A DNA stretch of 64,000 nucleotides from Octopus sinensis (Eukaryota). A program made the translations under genes and the position numbers. The stretch lies in contig NC_043003.1 in assembly GCF_006345805.1 (NCBI RefSeq), positions 71,424,001-71,488,000 on the forward strand. Direction: 5' to 3'. Below the pieces are notes generated by a model that was given only the letters and a program-made list of their open reading frames with translations, was not told where the DNA came from and made no database searches. Below, one piece after another: positions 51,884-64,000 of the stretch. Each line of letters starts with the position of its first letter. The first letter of the stretch is position 1.

Positions 51884-52392
51884 CATGGAAAAATGCAAGC
51901 ATGAAAAGTCATATTCTTAAGATTATAAACCTGGAAAAGTACAGGACAAGTTATTACACCTGTAAAAGTATAGGAGAAACTATTACTTCTAGTAAAGTAA
52001 AGAATAAGAAATTTTTTACTTAAAATAATGCAGCAAAGAATGCCAGTTCTTCTAATTTATCACTCTTTACAGTTCTCATCTTTTAAATTTATAGTACAAA
52101 ACTGTTCTGCTAATTTGTAAGTTTGTCTAATTAGTCACTTTTTCCTGTATTTAAGGTAGTAAATTAGCCAAATTCTACTTAAATAAGTATAATGTTATTT
52201 GTAAACTATAATAAAATAAGTTTTAATATTCAAATTTTAATTTTAGCTGCAATATTTTAAGTAAAATGTTTCTTATTCTTTACTAGAAGTAATAGCTTGT
52301 CCTACACTTTTACAGGTGTAATAACTTATCCTGTACTTTTCCAGGTTTATAATCTTAAGAATAGGACTTTTCATGCTTGCATTTTTCCATGT
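51884..52392. mobile_element. MITE with ~150-bp TIRs
   Basis: CATGGAAAAATGCAAGCATGAAAAG... and its reverse complement ending ...CATTTTTCCATG. Confidence 0.8.
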
Positions 52393-53943
52393 AATCCATG
52401 ATTTTTCCAGGCATTGCTGTTATAAGATAATAATAATATGTCAATTAATAATTCAAGATTTCCATGTAAGTGATGATAATATTTCAATTATTTTCATGTT
52501 TAATTTAAATATATGTTGTGATTGAATTATTTGATATTACACAACCACACCAAATTAATGGCAGGGATTTTTACCATTTTGTTGGTTGCACCATGGCTCA
52601 CCTAAAGTTACAAACTACAAGATCTAAAATCCATCAGTTACCAGGCTCACCTTAAGTAACCTAATTCTGCAATATCAGGAGGTCACAGGAATTCATTCAA
52701 CAAAAAAAAAAAAATTTCCAATGATTCCGGAATTGGGGAGAAACTCCCCTACCTCATTTTTTCTTAACTAAAATAAGGGATTTGCAGCATATTAGGCGGT
52801 CAGGGTTCTTGATTCCACATAAAAAATCAATTTTTTTTCTTTTTTCTTAATGAAAATCGTGTGGGTGTTAATATAGAAATTGACCATAATGTTGTTGTTA
52901 TTTAGCCTCATATAAACCCTGATACTGCAAACGTATCACCAAAGACATTCTAGCCTTCAGCAAAAAATCTTTGTAGGGATAATCTAGGGCATTACATACA
53001 ATGGGCGTGTGATTTAGGTAGGGGGATACTTTGGCTACTATTTTTAGCATGTTGAGCGACCAGGTAGAGGCTCTTTCATTGGTTCGATTGCATAATGAGA
53101 TTTTTTTACACCTATATGTAATATGTACATATATCATCGGCAGAAGTTAGAGAGTAGGTCAAAAGCTGAGAGTTTCGTGTATTGGCACTTATCAAACACA
53201 AATTTGTCCATTGTCACTCTATAACTTCTAATGAAATAACTTCTAAAATACAAAATTTTGTCAAAATTTTGTCAAAAATGTTAAGAGTAAACCCTGTTCT
53301 ATGTGACACATTCTACCAGTATCGGAAGTTTGAAAGTGTTTAGTTAAAAAAAATTAATCAAATAATCTGTACGTTGAATTGAATAGATCCGAAATGGATG
53401 AAAGGCAAAGCTGACCCGGCGGAATTCAAACTCAGAATGTAAAGACAGACGAAATACTGCTTCTAAAATACAAAATTTCGTCAAAAACTTTAAGAATAAA
53501 CCCTGTTCTATGTGACATATTCTACCAGTATCGGAAGTTTAAAAGTGTTAAGTTAAAAAAAATTTAATAATCTGTATGGTGAAATTTGAACTCAAAAACG
53601 TAAAGACAGACAAAATACTATTAAGTATTTCGTCCGGCATGCTAACATTTCTGCCAGCTCACTGCCTTAGAAAGTAAACATTCATTTTAGAAATATATTC
53701 TTTATTCTTATTGCTTAAGCGTTACTCCCTTACTTCCTTACATGAAATTTTGTAACATTTTTGCCTCATAACTATTTTTCTACTAATATTTGTTCAATGT
53801 GACTAGTGATTCTGAATTCCTCATGCATATTTCTATTATTTAAGCCTAAGAAAGGTATACCTTTAATTTAAAATTTAAAAAATTATGCAAACAATGAAAA
53901 ATAACTGGGTAATGGAAATTATATTTCTTAATACAAGGGGCAG

Positions 53944-54350
53944 AAAGTAAATAAGAAATTTTTATGGAAAATACAGAATTATACGGGTTGAAGCGAAATT
54001 TGTCAGTGAACCAAAGAGCCAGTGTCGAAGGAATCAGAAAAAAGCTGTTAACAAGAGAAAAACACAAAACCATTGCAAAAGTAAATAAGAAATTTTTAGA
54101 GAAATTAACAAAGTGTACAGATTTAAGTGAAATTTTTGAAGTTACTTCTGTCAGTAAATCATGAACTTACTTTTATCAGTAATTCCATCAATAACAAAAA
54201 TCCCAAAACATTACAAAAGTAAATAAGAAATTTGTAGGCAAATTTAATGAAGTGTATGGATTGAAGTGAAATTTATGAAATTACTTCTGTCAATAAATTA
54301 TGTATGAAATTACTTTTATCAGTAATTGTGAACTTCTTTCTGTCAGTAAT
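53944..54350. repeat. Three diverged ~135-bp tandem units
   Basis: AAAGTAAATAAGAAATTT recurs at about 53944, 54078 and 54217. Confidence 0.7.
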
Positions 54351-54768
54351 TTGTTGTTATTGTTTGTAAATAGCAATTGAAAACTTACAGTGAAAACAAT
54401 AGCGTCTGAAAAATGAAAGTGTAAACAACAGAGACGAAAGTGAGATTTAGAAAGAGGGGGAGAGAAAGAGAGAGCTAGCTAGTTAGACAAATAAGATAGA
54501 AATAGATAGATAGATAAGATACAGACTGATAGATATAGAGATAGATAGAGAGATATAGAGAAATGGAGAGACATAGAAAGAAAGATATAGACATCACTGA
54601 TGCTAGAAAACTGGAAGTAGATATTTCAAAAAAATTTCAATGACGTGAATCTAATATTAAAAAGCAATATCTTATATTTTTTTATGACCAATGGATGTAA
54701 GGGAGACAAACAATTTCTGAAAGTTACTTTGCAAAGAGTATATCTATAATATAGATTATAGGCGTAGG

Positions 54769-55152
54769 AGTGGCTGTGTGGTAAGTAGCTTGCTTACCAA
54801 CCACATGGTTCCAGGTTCAGTCCCACTGCGTGGCACCTTGGGCAAGTGTCCTCTACTATAGTCTCAAGCCGACCAGAGCCTTGTGGGTGGATTTGGTAGA
54901 TGGAAACTGAAAGAAGCCCGTCGTATGTATATGTATGTGTGTATATATGCTTGTGTGTCTGTGTTTGTCCTACCCAAAATCGCTTGACATCTGATGCTGG
55001 TGTGTTTATGTCCCCGTAACTTAGCGGTTTGGCAAAAGAGACTGATAGAATAAGTACTAGGCTTACAAAGAATAAGTCCTGGGGTCGATTTGCTGGATTA
55101 AAGGCGGTGCTCCAGCATGGCCACAGTCACATGACTGAAACAAGTAAAAGAG
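54769..55152 (+). mobile_element. Full-length tRNA-derived SINE
   Basis: GGCGTAGGAGTGGCTGTGTGGTAAG head through GTAAAAGAG tail. Confidence 0.9.
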
Positions 55153-55169
55153 TAGTTGCCATATTCCCT

Positions 55170-55277
55170 TCCATATCAGCTAACTCTGATGAGTGTAAGG
55201 ATATATAATCAGATGGTTACGTAACATTCCATTGTATTCCTAGCATGAAACCGATTGGTAAGATGAGCTGTGATGGA
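55170..55277 (+). ncRNA. Type I hammerhead with intact core and extended stem I
   Basis: TCCATATCAGCTAACT-CTGATGA-GTG...CAT-GAAA-CC/GATT/GG-T-A-AGATGAGCTGTGATGGA. Confidence 0.7.
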
Positions 55278-55303
55278 TATACAATACTGTACATTTCAGA
55301 TTG

Positions 55304-55390
<87 letters not shown>

Positions 55391-56239
55391 GTCTCACTTT
55401 CTCTCTATATACTTACATACATATATATATATATATATATACACACATACATATATACATACATACAATCTGTGAGTGGAACAATAAAAATATGCAAAAC
55501 TTTTCTCAAGTTCCAAATGTGAATTTGTCTGTGTTAACTACATCCCAAAGATGGAGCTTTGCATCTTTGTTGGAAACCAGCTCCCTCCTCAGTGGAAGAA
55601 TTATAATAATTAAAAAATATAAGTGATATACATATAAGCAATCACTGATGCGGAATTCTGAAGTCCCTTTACCTGCGTCAAGGACATAGCTGTCTATCTT
55701 GTGCTGGTGTCATGAAACATGTGCCCAGTACATTCTGTAAAGTGCCAAATTATGAGAATTCTTTAGTCTTCTTGAGGATATGACACCTCTTTAGTAATGG
55801 TGTCATAAAAAAATCACACATTACACTCTGTAAAATGGTTGGTGCTAGGAAAGCCATTTGGCTATAAAAATCAAACCATAAATGAAACACAAACAGGATG
55901 CAATCACCCAGCCTGTTTAGGTGAGTAATAGCCTTCCGTATGTGCTGACTCTAAGCACGGTGACTCATCCAACCTATAGTAGCATGGAAAGCAGATTTAA
56001 AATGACCTCCCCCCCCACACACACACATACATACATACACATTTATCTGTGTATAACACTTGACAACAACATGTTTTCCTATTTTCCAAAATCAATATTT
56101 TAGTGTGCTATAAAAGTTTTGAAATATGAATCTTCTTCTCTTTAACTGCTTCTGCTGTATTTAATACTTGTAGCATTAAATATTGTTAATATTTAATAAA
56201 AACTGTAATCTCTAAGAAGCAACAGAAGTAACTCCACAT

Positions 56240-56698
56240 GGAAATTGTTTAAGACATGCTGGACTGTGCATCCACAACTCAAGACTTCATTTGTCTTGGA
56301 GACAAATTTTGCCAACACTCTCTACATGCACAAATCCTCCATTTAAATGGAATGCACTGATTCTGTGCCTATTCCCACTTCATGAGAAATTTCCTGGATT
56401 GTTACTGATATGTCCTGCATTATGATGACATATCTTTGTCATCTGTAACCCTGCTTGCTGAGTCTGTCCACTATTTATCAGTAGTGGAACAGCCCACTTC
56501 TCACTTGGGAGTGTCCACCACAACACCTCCCCACTTTGAAATTTTTTTTCATATTCTGTTTCTTTTGCTTACCAACCACATGGTTCCGGGTTCAGTCCCA
56601 CTGCGTGGCACCTTGGGCAAGTGTTTTCTACTATAACCTCGGGCCGACCAAAGCCTTGTGAGTGGATTTGGTAGACAGAGACTGAAAGAAGCCTGTCG

Positions 56699-56761
<63 letters not shown>

Positions 56762-57720
56762 CTGTGTTTGTCCCCCCCCCCAACATCACTTGATAACAGA
56801 TGCTGGTGTGTTTATGTCCCTGTAACTTAGCGGTTTGGCAAAAGAGCCCGATAGAATAAGTACTAGGCTTATAAAGAATAAGTCCTGGAGTCAATTTGCT
56901 CGACTAAGGGTGGTGCTCCAGCATGGCCACAGTCAAATGACTGAAACAAGTAAAAGAGAGTAAAGAGAGTACAACAGAATTATTTATTTTCTTCAGAATG
57001 CCGCAGGTAGTACCAGTCTACATTGTTTACCAGTAGTGCTACTAACACATAGCAACCTGACTTAAATCCTTCACACGAGTTTATTATTATTATTTCTTCT
57101 TCCACACAGAATTATTTTCTCTTCAGAATGCTTTAGGTAGTACCAGTCTACATTGTTTACCAGTAGCACTACTAACACATAGTGACCTGACTAAAATCCT
57201 TTGAATGAAATTTTATCATTTTTCACTGTGTATAGATCAGTTCTGTGTTAGAGTTTCAGTTTTACCAGACATTTTTTTCTTTGGAATCTTTGTTCAATAG
57301 AATTTATATATTTTTCACTGTGTATAGTTCTTCCATTTCGACACTCCTTGGAGCATTCATAACCTTGTTACTACTGTTATAACGACACCATCATCTGAGT
57401 GAGTGGCCCATACAGTGTACCTTGCTGACTGACCCTGCTTGCTGTCTCTGTCCACTATTTATCAGTAGTGAAACAGCCCTTTCTCACTTGGGGGTGTCCA
57501 CCACAACAGTTACATGACAATCTACCATGACTATTCACTGAACCTTTTCAATTGGCTCATTGTTTCAGGTTGTGGATGGCCAGCCTGAACATGCCTCACT
57601 CTCTATTGAGGTGTGGTAATATTGAAGCACAGGCTTGAAAGCCTGCTGAATCTTCCGGATGGTTTGAACTTGAGTATCACCTAGCTTTTAGCAAAACTTG
57701 ATGCACTATCTCTGCTCAAT
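56240..57720 (-). mobile_element. Mariner transposase remnants interrupted by a SINE (56570-56970, +)
   Basis: EQR*CIKFC*KLGDTQVQTIRKIQQAF (about 57715-57635) and VTIQEISHEVGIGTESVHSI*MEDLCM*RVLAKFV (about 56410-56300). Confidence 0.7.
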
Positions 57721-58597
57721 GTGTTCCATGAAAAGGAAAATCTGACAAGCACACACTACATGTCTGTACTCTAGGCATAACAGTCAAGAACTGATGCAGC
57801 CTACCTGCATGAAAGTTTTCATGCATGTGCAGGAAGGGTGGCATTACCTTCCACCCAATGGATTTTGCCCATGCAGCATTAGTTTTGGTAGGGAAAAGAG
57901 TTGGATACATACACCTCATATGTATGTACGTACACACACAGACACAAATATGTACTACTTATGTTTTTTCTTTGTTATTTAATCTTAAGGGTAGGTGAAA
58001 TATTTTCAATACATCATTTCTGTGATCCTCTCACCTGAGTCTAAATCCAAGAGGGCATTGGTTCTTTTTCTTGTGTTGCATGTGAGCTGTCATGTTATTT
58101 TGTGCATGTGTGTGGTATGTATGTGAGCACAGCTCTTCACAGTCCATTTCTAATTTCTTAATTTCTTTCTCCTTCTGTTGCAGTATCTTCAAGATCTTTA
58201 TCTCTTTGTTGATCTAGCTAGGATCTTAAGCATTCTATATATTGTTGAATTACAACATTTTATTTATTATTTATTTATCAATTTTTAAATTTCAATCTAT
58301 ATGTTCATTATGCCATCATTTTGTTGAAGTATGTAGACTTAAGCTTAAGTCATTCACATATGAATGAGTGTTTTTGATAGATAAAAGGCTCAACCACAGG
58401 TCTTGAACTTGCAATTTAAATAATATCAGAACAGCTGAAATGTCACCATCACGTTTATGATGATGAAGTTTAGAAAGTAATCATATTGATAATGCTGATG
58501 ATAATGATGATATGATAATGAATACCATTATGTTGATGATGATGATGATGATGATGATACTGACATTGATATAAAATTTATTTCAGAAATTACTTAC

Positions 58598-58845
58598 TAT
58601 CATACATGAGGCCAGTCATTTTAGTCCGTGTAATGTTATCATATCGCTGAACTTCAAAACCCAGAGCTTGGAACCGTTCTTCAAGACGTTCAGCGTCGAT
58701 ATCCGTACCTTCTCTTGCATGTTGACCAGTTGATTCATCAAAGTGTTTATTGTTAATGATTATGAAAATTCCTCGCCTTTTATTGTTGAAGTTGTATTCC
58801 AAAGGATCTGATGGGGCCCCTGGTCTCAGTGACTTTTTATCTCCA
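58598..58845 (-). CDS. Effector caspase (caspase-3/7-like), first exon visible in window (start of p20 large subunit)
   Basis: Encodes GDKK...YNFNNKRRGIFIIINNKHF...REGTDIDAERL...GFEV...LMYD. Acceptor TTTTACAG (AG at 58847-58846), donor GTAAGT at 58597. Starts in phase 2 and ends in phase 1, which joins the next exon to form ATG. Confidence 0.95.
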
Positions 58846-61489
58846 CTGTAAAATATAATTAATAACCAATAAATCATTTTTTAGTTAAACATGAAGTAGC
58901 TCATAACACATTAAAAATAATAATTATTATTATTATTACCATTGATTTTAACATTGGCATAAGGCCACAGTCAATTAAATCAACTGCCTTATTTAATAGC
59001 TACTTATTTTATCATTTCTGAAAGAATAATAGGCTGAATAAATCTGGGAGGGATTTGAACTCAGAATATACTGGGATGCAACAAAATACCAAAAGGCATT
59101 TAGCCAAACACAGTTAGTTCTATTAACTATGACTTGATCTACCTTGGTGTTCCACCAATTCAACCAGCTACTATTTTTAATGATTTCTAGTAGAGACACA
59201 AACCACATATGTTCCACAAAGTTCAATATATTGATGGAGGGAAGGAACTTAAACACACACATGATGATAATGATGATGACGACACACATAGATATGAACG
59301 TATTTGTACGATTTAGTACAGATATGTGTGTATGGTGAGCCACTTAAATGGTGATGTCTCTCTTTCAACCCAAGTGGGAGTTACAAAGTCTAACTGTAGG
59401 CTTTTTGGGGGTGGGGGCCTGAGGGTTTCTGGATCTGGGGGATATGGTAATTCATTATAAGTATCTCAAGATATTTATGACAATGATTAAACAGTTTGCA
59501 GTAAGACCATATATGTTTCCATATAATGTTTTTTTTTTGTTCTGGCTCACTATCAAAATATACATCCTAACTCCTGGCATAATTTTCTTCTTAAGAGAGA
59601 CTAAGCTACTGTTTTCATTTGTTATAAAATCAAGAGTCTATTAGATTTGCTGATTAATTTTCAATATCAAACCTTTTGGAAATAACTATTCATGGCAATT
59701 ACTTATTTAAAAACGAGAATGAATTCCATATATACTGTCACTTAGACTAAGGCAATAAATTGTAAACTGGTCAAGTCATTAAAGTATTGGATAGAAAAAA
59801 GTATTGTATATGCTTTGGCTCTTTACACTTTAAGTTCAAATTCAGTTAAGGTCAAGTTTGCTTTACAATTTTTGAAGTTAATAAATAATTCATGAGAGTA
59901 AGGTAATAGAGTTGGATAAAATATCTTGCAATTTCCATTCTGAAGGCAATGCCTTCAATAGCATTAGTGGTCCCTTGCTTTTACTTTGGGCAACACCAGT
60001 GACATAGAGAGGGGAAACTTGCATGTATTGGTAACTGCTAGTTTTCCATACAAAACGTGTCCAAACCTGCATACCGAAAACAAACTAACCAGGGTAGAGT
60101 AATGATAAAAATAAAAAAACACATAGGGTCCCTTACCACTGAGTCAAGCAAGGAAATTATCCTCAGATTTGGAGAAAGTGCCTGACCCACAGGTTTGGTG
60201 GTGTTACTCTGGTCTAAAGATTAAATCTACATCTGAACAACATGAATTGTGTAAATGAGAGTCTTCTACACAATTCCTATGAACCTAATTTCACCCTCAA
60301 GTATTTTGTTGGCCAGAGGCTATGATAGAAGACACTTGTACAAGATGTTGAGCAGTGGGATTGGACCTGGAACCATGTAGTTGTGAAGTAGACGTTTTTT
60401 ACAATAAAAAGCAACACAACCGATATTGTTTCCAGTGTAATGTTTTTGCTATGTTTTTTTTCTTTGCTGCTTTCCATTCTTGTATAGATGGCTGGTTTAT
60501 TTACACCAAAAGTCATTTATGCAGCTTTCTACCACAAGTGGTGCATGGACTGGTGGTTAAAGTATGGAACTTATGATTACAAGATCATGGTTTTGATTCC
60601 TAGGCCAAGTGGTGCCTTCTGTTCTTCAGCAAAATAATTCATTTAAAATTGCTCCTGTCGACTCAGCTATAAATGAATAGCCCTACAACAGACTGACATC
60701 CTGTTCAGGAGAATATTGTGGTCTCAGTCACTTAAATTCCATGGAAACAATGTAACTGGCCCTATGAGGCATAGTACTTGAAACAGTACTTGTTTACTTT
60801 CTATCACATTCAACTGTTAAATAAAAATAGATCATCTTTCTTTTTGTCTGGTTAGGCAAACTGCAGTTAGTAGTTCTGAGTCTTGCTCCTGAGCCAAACA
60901 GAATTGCTATTGCAAGATATTAACTAACCATTTGTGGTCAGTTGTCCATGGCTGTAACCTTCCAGCCATTGTAACTCCCCTACATTAATAGGAAAACATT
61001 ATGAATAATAAAAAAAAAAAGTAATGTAAGTCAACAGGAAAGCAACAATCATTATTTCCACAATCTTAGAAATTTATAAGATGTAAGATATATTAATAAA
61101 GAAGCTTTTTTGCAGATATTTAAACCTGTTAGTACAGCAGTCAAAGTGTCAATAAAAAACTGTTTGCTATAATTGCTGGAACCAATTATTCCAAACCAAA
61201 AGCAATAGAAAATATTTCTAACATTTATGGTAAAGCAACAAGTAGAAAACAAATGCAATGATCATTTTTCAAAGACATCCAATTTTCTGACATTAAAACC
61301 AGATGCCACTTAAATTACAGAATAAATAATGACACCCCAGAATACCTTCTAATATGATTAATTTCAGTTATTAAAAACAAAAAAAATCAATGTTTCAGAG
61401 ATTCTTTTTCACATTTATTGTAATGAAATAGAAATATGAAATAGCTATTTGTAGAGAAAGAAAAATAAATAAAGAACAGATTGAAAGCT

Positions 61490-61665
61490 GAAGGTAACAG
61501 AAACTATCTACTATTTCAAGGGATCTGCCAAGTACAGAATTTTGGTTAAATACTTCTCCAGCAGTTGCCTTACTAGAGATCATGCATCAGTAGTAATTCT
61601 CCTTAGTACAAAATCAAGCTGCATCTTATCTAAGACAACTCACTTCCTAATTAGTAGAGCTATAA
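61490..61665 (-). mobile_element. RTE RT fragments
   Basis: DKMQLDFVLRRITTDA*SLVRQLLEKYL fused to LEIVDSFCYL. Confidence 0.6.
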
Positions 61666-62669
61666 CCCTTTCTGTAACTTTTTTGATCCAGCAATTTGAC
61701 ACCTCTGTAAAAACTAAGGCAATTTCTTTACTATTGTGTGACAACCCTGTATCACAGGGTGTCGTAAATTACCATTACAATTTGAAAATTAAAAAAAAAA
61801 GTGGGGAATAACTCAGCAAAGTTTACTGGAAAAGGAAAGCAAACAAATAAAGTTTTATTAGAAACATCAGAACATTTCCATGTGGGCTCCATTGGTTGTA
61901 TGTAACTTGCTGAGATATTCTTATTTTTCTATTTTCTGAATTTTACAAATTAAGGTAAATTTATGAATACTTTGTATATACTGTGTCCAGTACAACCATT
62001 GTTTACAATAAAAGTAGTAGTAAACCGCCCTGTAGTACCTATCTGCAGCTAGATACATGAAACTAAACAAAGTTTGATCTATGAGGTTGTTTATCCTCAA
62101 TTTCTGTAATTGATGTCTGTCAGAAATGATGAATAGGAAGAGAATTCCAGGATGCTGCAGGTAACTTTGAATAAAAGAACAAGAACTGGAGAATGAGACT
62201 TGGCACAAGTGATGAGTTGAAGACATAGTGATAGTAGTCTGTTCCAGGTTAAAAGAACATAAATTTTGTCATACCAATAGAGGAAACATAGGAATGATGG
62301 TACTGTTTTTAAAAGTGTTTGTAGTTCTATCAATTGCACGATTCCAGATATGCAAGAAGTACTCTGAAGTAGGTTATACATGTACTCTGTAGAGGTTCAG
62401 CAACTATTCAGAATTAAAACAATTTCTGGCGTCGAAAGAAAGATCCCAATTTTTGAAAATTTGTTTTGATTGTGTTATAAATAAATAAGATATATTTGTT
62501 TTTGAAATCTTATTTGAAAGAACACAGGATAAAGATATATCATTAAAACTCTTGCGAATGGTGATGATAATGATGACATCAATAAAGGAATGTTTATTGT
62601 TATAATACTGATTTGCTAATAATATTTACTCACTATTTTAACACAAAATATTCATGTTCTACAGCTTAT

Positions 62670-63005
62670 ACTATAAAATCTTGATTCTCACAGTTAACAC
62701 TATATAGTCTCAGTTCCCACAGGGAACACAGTATAATTTTAATTCTTGCAGTTAACATAATATAATCTTAATTCCCACACTATATAATGTTAAAAAATTC
62801 CCATATAATCATGATTCCTATAGTCAACACTGTATAATTTCAATTCCCTCACAACACTATATAGTCTCAAATCCCATGAGTAACACTGTATAATCTTAAT
62901 TCTTAACAATTCCTGTACTTAATGTTACACAACCTCAATTCTCACAGTTAACTTAATACCTAGTTAACACCATATAATTCTAACTCAACTCATACAGTTA
63001 ACATT
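62670..63005. repeat. Degenerate ~33-bp minisatellite
   Basis: Recurring AACAC-TATATA(A/G)TCT(T/C)AATTC(C/T)CA blocks. Confidence 0.6.
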
Positions 63006-64000
63006 TTCTGAAGCAACAAGGTCCATTATCCATCTAAAGAAAGTCTCTAGAATTTGCAAGAAGAGTCTTGTGCCAAAGAAATGTAAGGGAAAGTTACAAA
63101 TAGAACCAAATAATGAGGAAAAAGATGAGTAAAATGAGAGGATATTTGATGACAGTCATATGTTGATGGCCACATGTTAAAAGGTAACAAGTTGATACTA
63201 TTTTTCTGTTCTTGCAATCTATCATTTCTGCTCATTCAGCCTCATTTTTTACCTTTTTGAGTTACTGATCTCTTTTGGTTAATTATAATGACCATTGGAT
63301 CACAGTAAGTTATTGCTACTTACTTTATCAGTCCAGGAGGAATAACATGTAAATTTGTCTCAGGTTTAAAACTCAAGAGAGGCAAAACTAAATACTGGTA
63401 GACCTTTAGTACCACCTGCTGCTGTTTCTGACAACTGAGTAACTTTTATGCATAAAAGGAACGACTAAGATGAATACAAACCCCCTCTATGTTATTACTA
63501 TTTATTTAGGAAAGACAAAGTTGGATGTGGTGCAGCTTGAACTCAAAATATAAAGCAGTATCTTAAATAGTGCAGGGCATTTTGTCTAATTCTCCAACCA
63601 CTCTGCTAATCCTCCAACCTTTTATACTTCTCAGAAAAATTAATCTAAACATTGTAATGACATTAAAATAATCTAACATCTTAAAAAAGTCTTTAAATTA
63701 TTGCATTGATTATATATATACACACACATACATATATATATATAATCTGTACTATAATGGAGAAAGCTGCTTATTAACTAGGTATGTAACAATTACTAAA
63801 AGTACTAAAAGAAAGCAATTATCAAAGGGTTGACTGTCTGGAAATATTTTTATAAATTCATGTTCTAAGAAATTAACTATAATTTCAATTTCTCAAGTTT
63901 ATAGAATTTTGTAAACTCCAATTTTTTGCATATTTAAATATTCATTGCCTTCACTGCGTCCAATTCTTCCTAAATTTAAATATTTGCTGCATTTACTGTG

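Noticed and set aside
58846-64000. Upstream caspase start exon
   Set aside because: No ORF with a convincing phase-2 donor and prodomain-like sequence was identified by eye; short exons could have been missed.

Overview
AT-rich, repeat-dense animal genomic DNA. The SINE and RTE repeat families look like those of Octopus; this is my recognition, not a database result. The window is almost entirely intronic to one minus-strand gene, an effector caspase (caspase-3/7-like). I reconstructed four exons with consistent splice phases (58845-58598, 28205-28030, 24897-24741, 1779-1532). They encode 275 aa with intact SHG and QACRG catalytic motifs, and the start-codon exon was not found. The introns (30.4, 3.1 and 23.0 kb) contain tRNA-derived SINEs, RTE, Tx1/L1 and R4/Dong-like LINE remnants, Penelope-like elements (PLEs), Tc1/mariner, hAT and Helitron derivatives, and a 3.4-kb fold-back satellite. 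The main unexplained signal is RNA structure: about 11 hammerhead-ribozyme (HHR)-like motifs in several unrelated repeat families. Seven fit the known minimal type I PLE/retrozyme pattern. Four copies, in two divergent families, carry the hammerhead catalytic nucleotides and complete, co-varying stems I and III in a strand order (III'-UH-I, then GAAA-III, then I'-CUGAUGA) that is none of types I, II or III and must be pseudoknotted. Two of these four are identical and sit 778 nt apart in a young head-to-tail repeat. Stem II of this permuted form is unresolved and activity is untested. All folds were derived by eye, and repeat boundaries are approximate unless stated.
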